Shown here one piece after another: positions 11,576 through 23,544 of a stretch of 64,000 bases of DNA. The position numbers and the translations under genes were made by a program. The stretch is taken from positions 5,766,001 to 5,830,000 of the forward strand of contig OZ024762.1 of assembly GCA_964016885.1 (NCBI GenBank), written 5' to 3'. Below the pieces are notes generated by a model, which was not told where the DNA came from, searched no databases, and was given only the letters and a program-made list of their open reading frames with translations. How positions within the stretch are numbered: the first letter of the stretch is position 1; each line of letters opens with the position of its first letter. The stretch comes from Eledone cirrhosa. Lineage: Eukaryota.

Positions 11576-11719
11576 AGTGTCAAGTGCCAGGAATGTGGAG
11601 CCTCTGACAGCGAGAAGTATGGATGGCCATAAGGACTTGAAGTTGTCAGCATGAACATTGATAATTGGTACAGAAAAATCAGATGATGAGAATGATCTGT
11701 GGTCTGTGGGGACTTCCAT
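11576..11719 (-). CDS. TOE1: TOE1 (Target of EGR1, CAF1-family DEDD deadenylase) coding exon 1 (ATG at 11719; exon acceptor at 11739)
   Basis: MEVPTDH...VPIINVHADNFKSLWPSILLAVRGSTFLALDT resembles the TOE1 N-terminus ([29 protein letters not shown]). Donor is ACT|GTAAGT, phase 0; an upstream tttacag acceptor lies 20 nt before the ATG. Confidence 0.9.
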
Positions 11720-13007
11720 TAAATAACTTTGTGAAGAACCTGTAAATATACATGTACACTACATGTAGACTAACATCAGCATATAGTTCAACATGTAACC
11801 CAACAACAACATATAGACTAACAACAACATGTAGCCCAACAACAACATATAGGTCAACATGTAGTGGATTGGGGTGTATATTTGGTTAAGAGGTGCCTAC
11901 TGACTGTACAAAGTGAAACCTAGTCAGTAGACACTTCTTAACCAAATATACACCCCATTCCACTACCCCTACCTTATCCTCCCACTCCCACCAACAGCAC
12001 CCTCTCTCTGTAAAGTTGGTACCACAGCATCCAGTCCAAATAAATGAGATAATGAGATCGAGAAGGTGTCACGACAAAAAAAAAAAAAAAAAAAAAAAAA
12101 ACAGTCCCCGCTGTAATGTGGCCGTGTAGGTAAAACACGGTAAAAAGTTCCCAGTTCCACACTATATGAGCACGACATGGTCACCCGACCAATCTTGCCT
12201 CCCGTCTAACCCATGCTAGTGTGGAAGATGGACGTAAGATGATGATGATGATGATGAAGACCTGGGAATTACACAGGGTCTGCACAACAATATATGGTCC
12301 TATGTAATAACTGTTTCTACTATTGACACAAGGCCACCAATTACCCAGTACATTACTGGTAACGAATCCTGGCAGATAATGGGAACAGCAAATCTCCTGG
12401 GAATTTGCTGCTACTGTCTCAGGCTCTTGTCATTCACCTGATCAGTGATCAGTTTCCAGGATCCACCATGAGGAGGTTGACACAAACTGGGAGTGGGGGC
12501 TGTGTCTATCAGTAGGTTGCTAGAGCAGACTGTAGAATACAAGAGTGCCTACATGAGAGAGTGTACCTTTCACACCCTAATCTCACAAGTTACAACATCT
12601 GGAGGGCATTACATAATAACTGCTATCACATATGCAAAAAAGATTAGTTGGTTAATACTGTTACCACTAGTCACTACATGATAGTAATACTGTTACCACT
12701 AGTCACTACATGATAGTAATACTGTTACCACTAGTCACTACATGGTAGTAATGAAACCACTAGTCACTACATGGTAGTAACAAAGAGTTGTGTGTAGGAA
12801 TATAGTCTTACCTTTTATTCTATATGTTTATATTCACTATATCTTTTTACCTCACCAGTCCCTTGCAGAATTAAGTGAAATATTTGAGACAACCTGCATC
12901 ACTTGGACATCATAAGAACCTGTATGACTTCTCTGTACAACACCTGTAATACCATGATTACATAAATATCAGTTTTGTCTACAACCTTTTTTACCTAATA
13001 TTTAGAT

Positions 13008-13306
13008 CAGGGGTCCCCAACCCCAGCCCGCAAAGGCCTTTATCCTGCCCGCGAGGGTTCTAAAAAGGGTACAGTTTGCAATAAATTTGCATCCGATCGA
13101 TATTGCCGAATAAAACAATGTTTAAATGTATTTTTCTAGTTGGGACAGCTCTAAGTATCAATATTGAATTTTGTTTCAAATCTAACATAAGGGATAAATA
13201 AATGATTACTTATTTGTATATAAGTAGTATTAATTGTGCATCTGGCCCGCGGAGCCTCCGCTGCATGGCTATCCGGCCCGCAGACCCAAAAGGTTGGGGA
13301 CCCCTG
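13008..13306. mobile_element. hAT-type MITE
   Basis: Perfect 15-bp TIRs CAGGGGTCCCCAACC / GGTTGGGGACCCCTG; 8-bp TSD ATTTAGAT / CTTTAGAT with central TA. Confidence 0.88.
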
Positions 13307-13394
13307 CTTTAGATCTTACACTCTTCGTTCGATTTTATCTCTTTCTTTCTATCTCATTCTCTGATACTTTCTATAATTTATGGAGATGTATAGA

Positions 13395-13777
13395 ACTACA
13401 ATTATATACACCTCTATAAGTTCAAATACATACACACTAAACTACAATTATATACACCTCTATAAGTTCAAATACATACACACTAAACTACAATTATATA
13501 CACCTCTATAAGTTCAAATACATACACACTAAACTACAATTATATACACCTCTATAAGTTCAAATACATACACACTAAACTACAATTATATACACCTCTA
13601 TAAGTTCAAATACATACACACTAAACTACAATTATATACACCTCTATAAGTTCAAATACATACACACTAAACTACAATTATATACACCTCTATACGTTCA
13701 AATACATACACACTAAACTACAATTATATACACCTCTATACGTTCAAATACATACACACTAAACTACAATTATATAC
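13395..13777 (+). repeat. 46-bp minisatellite
   Basis: ACTACAATTATATACACCTCTATAAGTTCAAATACATACACACTAA, about 8 copies. Confidence 0.92.
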
Positions 13778-14065
13778 TTTTCCAGAGTTATGGTACAATT
13801 AAAACAAAACGTTAATATACAATCTTATTTAACATGTGCATTAAAAACTAGACTAGCTGTTACAATTGTAATTAACGTGTAAGCAAAAGCTTATAACTAC
13901 GAATATCTAGATGCCAAAAAATTGAATCACGTTTTGTACCTCTGTCTTAAAGCCGGCCTGTTTTGAATCTACCGCCATGAAACATTTAGAATTGTTTATG
14001 GGGTTTATAATTTATATTACTTGAAATAACAAAAACCGTATTTAGGAACATTATTAATTATATTA

Positions 14066-14250
14066 GGGCGGTGGATTGGCAGTATCGGTAGAGGGTCGGA
14101 CGCCATGCTTTGACGCATAGAGTTACGCCCCTTTATGATCTGAGTTCAAATCGCGCCATTTTGCCTTTCATCTTTAAGGGGTCGATAAAATAAAGTACCA
14201 GTAATACACTGAGTAATTGCTGGCCTTGTGCCTAACGTAGAAACAATTAT
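14066..14250 (+). mobile_element. SINE family A copy
   Basis: Head, box B, centre and tail are all present. Confidence 0.82.
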
Positions 14251-15401
14251 TAATTATATTATTTCCTGATTTAAATTTTGTTCTAGTTTTGAAAAATGAA
14301 ATGAAACTAAATAAACCGCTCACACCCATGTATATTAATCTGGTTATACCCACGTTGTTTTATCTCTAGTTTCTAGTAGTAAGTTACAACGATAGAGGTC
14401 ACTGTCCTATCAAGTTATTGTTACAGCTCACACCTATATAGATGTGGCTGGCCCCCTATAAGGTTGTATCTCATAGCAGATTTATAGGGTTTTAATGATA
14501 AGGGCCGTAGTCCTACAATGTACAGCCCACATCTATATAGGTTTAAATAGACTCCTATAACGTTGTATCTCATTAGGTTTTAATGATAGGGACCAGCCCT
14601 AACGTGTTACAACTCACGCCTATGTAGGTGTAGCGGGCCCCCTACAAGTTTATATCTGATAGGTTTCTAGTATATTAATGACAGAGACCAGTCTTACCAT
14701 GTTGACACAGCCAACACCTTTGAAGGTTTAGCTGGTCTCCTATGAGGTTGTATCTGATAGTGTATTTTAATGACAGGGACCACACTCGTACAGCTCACAC
14801 CTATGTAGGTTTAGATGGTCTTCCATCTGTTGTATCTAATAGGGAGCTTCTCGGCTCTTTTAATGATAGTTGGCCCCCCAGTCATATCATGAAAAGCAGC
14901 GTGAAGACAAATATGTTTACTCCTCTCGTGCTGTTATATAGCGAAAATAACATTAGGGTGAATAAATACTGAGGCGTCTTTATTGCGTTGTAATTATGCT
15001 TATATATCATAAATTTATATTGAGAGTATATATATATACATATGAGTTTACATTTATATTATGTATATATAATGTGTGTGTGTGTGTGTGTGTGTGTAAA
15101 AAGAATGTACAAACTTTTGAGAGATTTAATTTCAGGCAGCTGATATCCACGTGTTGTTTACTCAGACTGTTTACAGTCAGTGGCGGGATATTGTTGGCAA
15201 AGCAGATATTAGCGAAATCATATTTAAAATTAAAATAAACCCATGGGAATAATGAGATGTTATAACAATATGTTCGTGGATATTTAAATAATAATAACAA
15301 TTTCAGAGTGATAAAAGGGGAAAAGAAAAGAACTCACTTGTGAATTATTTATTTGAACTGTGACAGTGGAAGGAGAACTACACGGTGTCTACTCACTTAC
15401 A

Positions 15402-16304
15402 ATGAACTGTGTTAATTATGACCGGCTTTTACCATTCAAATGTCAGTATTGCGAAAACGGCTTCCAAACAAACGACTCTTCCATATTTCTTAAGGATAAA
15501 TTTACACCCAGAGAAGAACTAGTGTTTTTAGCTACGATGTCCAAGTATTCGCATAGATACAACGAAATGGTCTGTTATATTACCAGAGTGGCCGAACTGG
15601 GTAAAGGTCTTTCGCTGGAAGAACGTGAAATGTTTTCTGAGGCTTATCAGAAACTAATAACGACTCGGCAGCAATCATTACAAGTTATCAACCAACAGTT
15701 TCGCAATGAAATAAATTCTGGCAATGTGACATGTGCTTTTGGTATTAAATGTCTCAAAGAAACAATTGAAGCCGAAATTCGGGCCGTTTGCGTGGATGTT
15801 TTAAACACTCTTGAGAAAATCTTCAAACAACCTCGGGATGGTTTGTTTGGTGCTAATGGTGTGTTTTACTACAAAATGAAAGGCGATTATCATCGTTACT
15901 TGGCTGAGTATTCCATGGGAAATTTTAGACTAGCCGCAATAGACAACTCTAAAGCTGCTTACAAAGCGGCCACGAGTATTTCATTCTCAGAACTTTCTCC
16001 CATCGACCCGTTACGACTCTGCTTGATATTAAATGTAGGTACGTTCTACCACGATATTCTGGGAAACACCGCCACAGCTAAACGATTGGTGCGATCGGCC
16101 CTCAAGTACGCCCTCGCCATATTTTTACCTGAATTCGACAGGAAATCAATAGAACCAATGTTCTCGATGCGAAAACTTCGAGATTGTTATATGGCATGGT
16201 CATTAATTGTGATGGATCCACAAGATCTATCTTTCGTTACACATGAGGTCTTTAGGGTTTCGCCTGACCATGAGTCCCCTAACAGTAGAGGAGGTAATCC
16301 TTAA
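15402..16304 (+). CDS. Intronless, divergent 14-3-3 family protein (300 aa from the first ATG)
   Basis: LSLEEREMFSEAY, IEAEIRAVCVDVLNTLE, VFYYKMKGDYHRYLAE, ELSPIDPLRLCLILN..FYHDIL and MRKLRDCYMAW align with 14-3-3 helices 3-9. The ORF is uninterrupted; the ORF-track start at 15360 is GTG. Confidence 0.9.
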   Translation: MNCVNYDRLLPFKCQYCENGFQTNDSSIFLKDKFTPREELVFLATMSKYSHRYNEMVCYITRVAELGKGLSLEEREMFSEAYQKLITTRQQSLQVINQQFRNEINSGNVTCAFGIKCLKETIEAEIRAVCVDVLNTLEKIFKQPRDGLFGANGVFYYKMKGDYHRYLAEYSMGNFRLAAIDNSKAAYKAATSISFSELSPIDPLRLCLILNVGTFYHDILGNTATAKRLVRSALKYALAIFLPEFDRKSIEPMFSMRKLRDCYMAWSLIVMDPQDLSFVTHEVFRVSPDHESPNSRGGNP

Positions 16305-17206
16305 AAGGTCTCTCCCTTCATCTCCTTGAATACACAAACCTCAAAACAGACAACTCGTCTTTCGATTGTCGGTTGTTAATCAATTTTAATATAAACTGAT
16401 ATAGTCATTCTTCAACCATCGTTATTTCTTATTACGAAAGAAAACAAAAACATTTTTTAAAAACTTATTTACTTAATCCTCGTAAACTTTTATGAGAGGG
16501 AGGTATTTAAAATATTTTGTCAAGAAGAAAGATATATTCTTCAAGGTTGCTAAATCAATCGACCAATTATGACTGACATAATTTACAACTATCTTTAAAA
16601 TATATTATGATATATATTTTATTGTTCGATGAATTTTTTTTTTATACACCTTGATAAAATTAAATGATTTAATTAATATTATTAACACTTTCATTAAAGT
16701 GTATCTATTAACCTATATATATGTGTGTCTGTATATGTATATATAATGTGTGTACATAAATGTATATATTTTCGCCATATCCACCCAAATTTCTCCTTAT
16801 ATTAATTATTGCGAGGAACCTTGTAAATATAATATACAATCAAAGCGAGGAAAAAAAAACATCAGTTTAAAATCAATTGAGTCAATCGCTTTTATTTGTT
16901 TTAATAAGTTCGCTACGTGAGACAAGAGAGAGAATAGAAAGCGCCATACTTGCTTTGTATTTCAATATTTTTTACCATATTTGATGGCATATTAGGAAAC
17001 CACACGCCTCCCCCTCGGGCATGACCAACTGGGAATATTGAGGGGCGTGAGGGAGAGCTTGTATTTAATGTTGTTGATAACTCACCCTCGCTAGTCTTGT
17101 ATTATTAATTGCCGTACATCAAAGCCATCGCTTTTAATTTACAAGGCTTTATTTTTTTTGTTTTTGTTTTTCAGTAAAATAAATAAATGTGAAGATTTGG
17201 AGGGGA

Positions 17207-17240
<34 letters not shown>

Positions 17241-17354
17241 GGATCTATTATGACCACTTTCAGAAGCTCCACTATCGTGCGTTTCTTTGTCCTGTAAACC
17301 CCCTACCTCTCCTTCGGGTAACCTTTCCACTTAAGTGGTTGTTACATCACGATC

Positions 17355-17700
17355 TTCTCATTCCACGGTGGTAAGCCCCTCATCTAAGACGCAACATGGG
17401 GCGACACTTTCTCCAGCAACAACCTGGTGCATTCGCCGACAGACCCAGGCTGCGTGGCCCGACAAGTCGAAGATCGCAAGCTAACGAAGTATCGACCGTT
17501 CTCTAAGAGGTTTGTTGTTGAACCTATAATGGTGGAATCTTCTGGTGTTCTGGTTCCCTGTACCACCTCCCTATTTAATGCTATCGGGGTGGAGTTAACC
17601 ATCTGCAGGAGTGAGCCCCGCCAGTTAGAATGGCTATTTTAACGTCTCCCTTGCTATTCTCTGAAGCAACATTTTAATCCATTCTGTCCGCTGGGACCAC
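17355..17700 (+). mobile_element. Decayed C-terminal restriction-like endonuclease domain of a CRE-type non-LTR retrotransposon
   Basis: GKPLI*DATWGDTFSSNNLVHS...EDRKLTKY...FVVEPIMVESSGVL...EPRQLEWLF*RL matches the WDAT..DT / K..KY / F.P...E..G / QR.S RLE pattern. A second fragment lies at 18090-18195 (-): EPRAVGRLLQRVSLVIVRG. Confidence 0.65.
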
Positions 17701-19554
17701 GAGGCGACTTGCACCTGGAGTTCTGACACTAGAGAGCCGTTTCCCACACTAGGGCTAGCAACGTTTGTGTACTCTTTCTAATACCGTCTGCTGCCCGCCC
17801 ACAGAGAGAGAGAGAGAGGCAGACAGACATGTTTAAAGAAAGTGTTTATCATTTTTAATCCAAGATACCAGCTGACAGTTGCTTAATGTTGATATCAATT
17901 TTTCGTTTAGAAAATAAATAGAGCAAAATATCCAATTTTAGCAAACTTACTGGAAATCTTTCATGTTATAAAATGCAAGTGTCGCTTGTGGTTATGAAAA
18001 CTGGAAAGGCAAAGGCTCTAGTGTCACAGAAGAATTGGGGGGGGGGGGAATGATGGGTTCTAGGCATAGGGCACAGCGGTGTTGCAGCTCTGCCCCGCGG
18101 ACAATGACCAGTGATACCCGCTGCAATAGCCTCCCCACTGCGCGGGGCTCCTTCCTCATACGGGCTGCTGATGTTCCAATATTGGCCAACATGGCATGAT
18201 GTTGTTTTCCTTCAATAAATTGCCAGAGGAAACATTCCTTTAAAAGAAAAGTTAGCAGTATTTTTTTTTTAAATCACAGCACAAGGAATTTTTTTTTTTT
18301 TTTCAAAATGGCTTCCATAACAACATCAACAACGTCAACTTCCTCAACAGCAGCAGCAACAAACATATACCACACTAACCACCACACCTACGAATAGCAG
18401 GATCACAGCTACAATTACGTCACCAACGGCTACCATCAACAGCTTCAACCTCTTGCTTTCTTTTCAAAGCAGCTAAAGTCCGCGAACCAGCCACCTTGGA
18501 GTTGTTGGATCTCTCTTCACCGGAATTAGCAACTTGCAAATGCAAATATCTGCCTGTACCCACTCCGGACTCTCACATTCTCTGTGATACTGCGACAGAT
18601 TCACCTCGCCCTCTGGTCCCACATAATCATCGTCGAATAGTTTTCGATTCGCTACACAGCTACTGGTAAACTACCACAACAGCTACAGCTACACAGCTCT
18701 GGTAAAACACTATGAACAATATCATCATTGACAACAGCTTCTGGTAAAACATTTACCACAACTAACAATTAATGCAAGATCAGCAACTTTAAAAACATTT
18801 CACAAATTTTTCGCTCATGTCAGACTTCATTCGTTTTCTATTAAGACCCCAGGTGGTCACGTTATAAATAGCAAACAGCTAGTCATTTGACACACTGGCT
18901 TACATTGCACAGGCCCTTAGAGCCTCATTCACAATTTTCTTCTTGCATTCATTCTTTCATTCAATTTTATTTCATTGATGTGCTCTTTTTCAGCATTTTC
19001 ATAGTGGTGACCTATGCGAATTCAATCTTTTCTTATTTATCGTCCTTCTGGTCTAAACAGGGGGTATTGTAGCAAGCTACTTTCCTTTGGCGCATTGATA
19101 GGCTATTCGTGCGGGATTCGGCTAAGTCGGGCCATTCGTGAGCCGCGCATGGATATGTATTTTCAACTTTCGCCCAAACTGAGATTTTCCCGCTACTTTC
19201 AATAAACTTAATCTCTTGTTGCTTCAACTGTGGAAAGGTAAACGACCATTTATCTTTTGCCGTCAATGATTAGCCAATATGTAACGACAACAATATAGCC
19301 ACGGTCCAGTCCAACACCTCAGCCAGTTGACCGTACCTTCTAAACTCTTAATTTGTTTATTTCTTTGTTTGACATGCCAGTTCTACCCAGCTCAACCTTT
19401 GTAATTATATATATCATCAATAAAAACAAATTCCAGTTTAATTGCTTCGTTGGATAACTATCCATTTATTTGGTCTGTTTTTTTATATAATTATTTCTAT
19501 ATTTTTTTTAAATTTGTTAATATTATTATTATTTTTAATTTGATAAAGAAAAAT

Positions 19555-21515
19555 AACTGTTTCTACTTTTGGCACAAGGCCAGCAATTACCCAGTGCATT
19601 ACTGGTACTTTATTTTATCGACCCCGTAAGGATGAAAGGCAAAGTTAACCTCGGCGGGATTTGAACTCAGAATGGCAAGGGCCGTAACTCTATGCGTCAA
19701 AGCATGGCGTCCGACCCTCTACCGATACTGCAATAATAAATGTTAAACAACACCAAAAAAATTAAAATTTAATAAACAAACAGGGATGGTCAGAGGAGAG
19801 AGGGTGGTTGGAGTGAGGCATGGTCGGAAGAGAGAAGGGTGTTTACAACTGTTTCACCTATTGAGTCCTGGTTTGCCAAAAAAAAAAAAAATAAATAAAT
19901 AAAAATAAAAAAAAGGAATAACTATATAAACAACCATTTCTTTTAGAAAGAAATTTAGAGAGATGTTAAAAATATATTGAGATATTTAAAAAAAAAAAAA
20001 AAGATATTTAAAATGTCATGGTATATGCCATACCTGAAATTTAAAGGTTTAATAAGGTAGGAAAAGTACATAAAATTTAAAACCCTTTTTTGCAGTCCAC
20101 ATCTGACAGCATCACTTACTACTGACTACTACTATTGCTACTACTACTGCTCCATAGTTATTTTGTTACCCTTCGCTCTGCAGACAGATTGCAGAGTTTT
20201 ACTCTGCCTTTGGCCCTGAATAGCTGAGAGTAATGCTTTACAGTTACAACTAAATATCTGTATAAATTTATTATTATTAGGGTGGTGGATTGGCAGTGTC
20301 AGTAGAGCGTCGGATAATGTTTTGCAGCATAGAGTTATGGCCCTTTGCGTTCTGTGTTCAAATCCTGTTGAGATTAGCTTTGCCTTTCATCCTTATATGA
20401 ATAAGTAATAAAGTAATAAAGTACCAGTAATACACTGGGATAATTGCTGGCCTTTTAATAACAACGATAATAATAATAATTGTTTCTACTTTAGGCACAA
20501 GGCCAGTAATTACCCCAGTGTATTACTGGTACTTTATTTTATCGACCCCGTAAGGATGAAAGGCAAAGTTAAGCTCGGCGGGATTTGAATGATGATTGTG
20601 GTTTCTAATTTAAACACAAGATCAGCAATTTGAGGTAAGAGATAATTAAATAGACACCAGTACATTACTGGTACTTTATCAACTCCAGAAGGATGAACGA
20701 CAAAGATGACCTTAGTAGCATAGCAATAATAATAACAATGATTTCTTATATAGGCACAAGGCCAACAATTTTGGGGGGAGGGGAAAAAAAAATCGATTAA
20801 ATCAACTCCAGTACATTACTGGTACTTTATTTTATCAACCCCGTAAGGATGAAAGGCAAAGTTAATCTCGGCGGGATTTGAACTCAGACTGTAAAGGGCC
20901 GTAACTCTATGCTGCAAATCATGGCGTCCGACCCTCGTAGCATAGCAATAATAACAATGGCTTCTAATTTAGGCACAAGGTCAGAAAGTTGAGGGAAGCG
21001 GAAATCAGTTAAATAGACCCCAGTGTATTACTGGTACTTGATCAACTCCGGAAGGCAGAAAGGCAAAGTTAACATCCATAGGATAACAATAACAATAATA
21101 ACAACAACAACAATAATAACAGCAATAACAATAATAATAACAATAACAACAACAACAACAATAATAATAATAATTGTTTCTACTTTAGGCACAAGGTCAG
21201 CAACATGAAAGGGAGGGGAGTTGGTTGAATCTACCCCAATACATGACTGGTACCTTATTTTATTGACTCTAGAAGGATGAAAGGCAAATAGTGATAGTTT
21301 CTGATTTCGGTACAAGGCCAGCAATTTGGTGGTGGTGGTGGGGGGGGGGGGCAATGTTGATTATATTGACCTCAGTAATTACCAAGTAATTTATGACCCT
21401 GGAAAGATGAAAGGCAAGGTTGACCTCGACAGGATTTGAACTCAGAATGTAAAGAATCGTAACTAAACACAACGTGGCATCTTGTCTGGCATTCTACTGA
21501 TTCTGCCACTTCACC
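19555..21515. mobile_element. Cluster of SINE family A copies separated by (AAT/AAC)n tails
   Basis: About 8 full or partial copies, mostly on the - strand, with one + copy at 20280-20455. Confidence 0.75.
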
Positions 21516-21939
21516 ACCACCACCAACACCTCCATCACAACTATCACCACCACCACCACCACCACAAGAAATATTAAAAGTACTTTACTACAAATGTGGT
21601 ATCCATTTCTTCAACCAACTGACAACTAATTAAATAAATAAATAAAGATTAAAAAACAAATCCCGGTATTGTTGAAGACTGGGTTTTGGGTATTAATTTG
21701 AGTTACATTCCTGGCAATAACAAGAAGGCAATCAGCAGTTTGTAAATAATTTTTCTGCTGTTGTTGCAACTAGGTTTGATAAAATGGCAGGTGACTGTCA
21801 TTAGCACATTGGACAAGGGACCCAGAGACCCAATGAGAGAGCTAGAGGACAGCTCATGCCCTTCACACCCAAAAAACCCCATCTAAAATAAAATTAAAAA
21901 ACAGCTTCTTCTAATTTTGAGATGAGAAGCTTACCCTTT

Positions 21940-22895
21940 GCCCTTGTAACAGTTGATGATGCTGCTGCTACACTAGTCATTTGGTATGACCCCATTCTGT
22001 ATTACTTGGTTTACTATCCAGGTGACCATAGTATGTCCCCCCATTCCAGATACCTTCAACATTTCAGCAACTATCCCCGAAGGCCCAGCTGCCTTGCCTG
22101 TCTTCATATTTTTGATTGCTTTACTTACTACATTACCATTAGCTTGCACAGCTGGTCTTTCTATTGGATCAATGTGGGGCAGACTATCTTTATTCCAATC
22201 ATTCTCCACATTCAGTAGTCTCTTGTAGTGACACTTCCAAGCTACCTTCTTATCACAATCAGTGAGGGCAAGTACACCATCGTCATTACGGACACGTCTC
22301 CCCGACAATATCACAGGTCTCCTTGACACATTGCCTCGCAATCCTGAATGTCTCACGTCTTTGGTCCTCTGTTGTAGAATATACTTCATCTTACTTGCAA
22401 GGTAAACTTGTTGTCTAGCTTCTCTTTTAGCTACCTAATAGAGTTCTCCACTACCACCATCCTTCCATTCTTTCCACGCCTACTTTTTGCTCTTGATGGA
22501 CTCCTCCACTTTACTGTTCCACCACCATGTCACTCACCTCCTGCCTAACAGTCTGCTCCAGCCACAGATTTCATCAGTCGCCTCCAACAGATGTCTCTAA
22601 TTGCTCTTCCTTACTATCAAAAGCATCAAGCCTTTGAATTTGTTACTGGCTCCAGGGTTCTTTAACTTCCATAATCTTCTCCTTAAGGTATTCTTCTACT
22701 GACAATTACATCTGGCCCTGACTATGAGGTCACTTACTATTAAATTATGTTGGGAGGTGCACTCTTCGCGGGGAAGAAGGGACTTAGTGTTTACAACAGA
22801 CACTTTGTCTCGTTTCCTAGTAAGGATAAAGTCTATTTGGCTTGTGTGCTCCCTTGCTCTATACGTAACCAACTGACTGCGAGGGGTGCGGGAAA
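21940..22895 (-). mobile_element. Decayed RTE LINE fragment (endonuclease end, linker, RT start)
   Basis: SQIDFILTRK...EECTSQHNLIVSDL; KKVAWKCHYKRLLNVENDW...AIKNMKTGKAAGPSGIVAEMLK...VIPND. Confidence 0.85.
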
Positions 22896-23544
22896 TGTGT
22901 GTATACATATATATATATATACACATGTATATAGATATATATACATATATATCTGTATATATGTATAGCCATCGAAACGGCTTGAGCTCTGCCATCGTGG
23001 TCCTGAACCTTTTCCTATATATACACATATATATACATATATATAGATATATATATATATATACATGTGTATATATATTTGTTTTGCGAGGTTTTTGATA
23101 TGAAATCGTGTGTCGAAACAAATATTGTTATACTTGGGGAGGGTCATATTGTTGTAGTATTGCCAGAATAACAACAGAGCCCACTCTGTTTGGTTGGTTT
23201 TTGCTTCTGTATTGTTATATCTCCATAGTTAATTTATTTGGCAATCAATGTTTATCATTGATTGACCAGCAGTTAAAAATACAGATATAAATATATATAT
23301 ATATATATATAGTCTATCAAAGTTCTTTTGTCACACATCTGCTACATCATCAGTGGTACTATTATGTTTCCTCCCATTGTATTGTAATGTCTACGCCATT
23401 TTTATTTTTATTTATTTCTTTATTTCTTCTTGACTCTGTCTCTGCGTATGTGTTTGCGTGTGTGTATTTGTATTTGAGTGTTTTTGTTTTTGTATTCTAT
23501 CTTTGTTCACTAGTGTGTGTTTATATGTGTTTGCTATTATTGTA

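Noticed and set aside
12852-12920. Possible extra TOE1 exon linking the 13978 ATG in frame
   Set aside because: Every acceptor/donor combination I tried gave a stop or the wrong phase.
15360-15401. ORF-track start of the 14-3-3-like gene
   Set aside because: It is a GTG; the first ATG is at 15402.
18600-19300. Possible Penelope GIY-YIG C-terminal remnant (RIQSFLIYRPSGLNRG)
   Set aside because: Only a short PxGLN-like match in decayed sequence; too weak to call.
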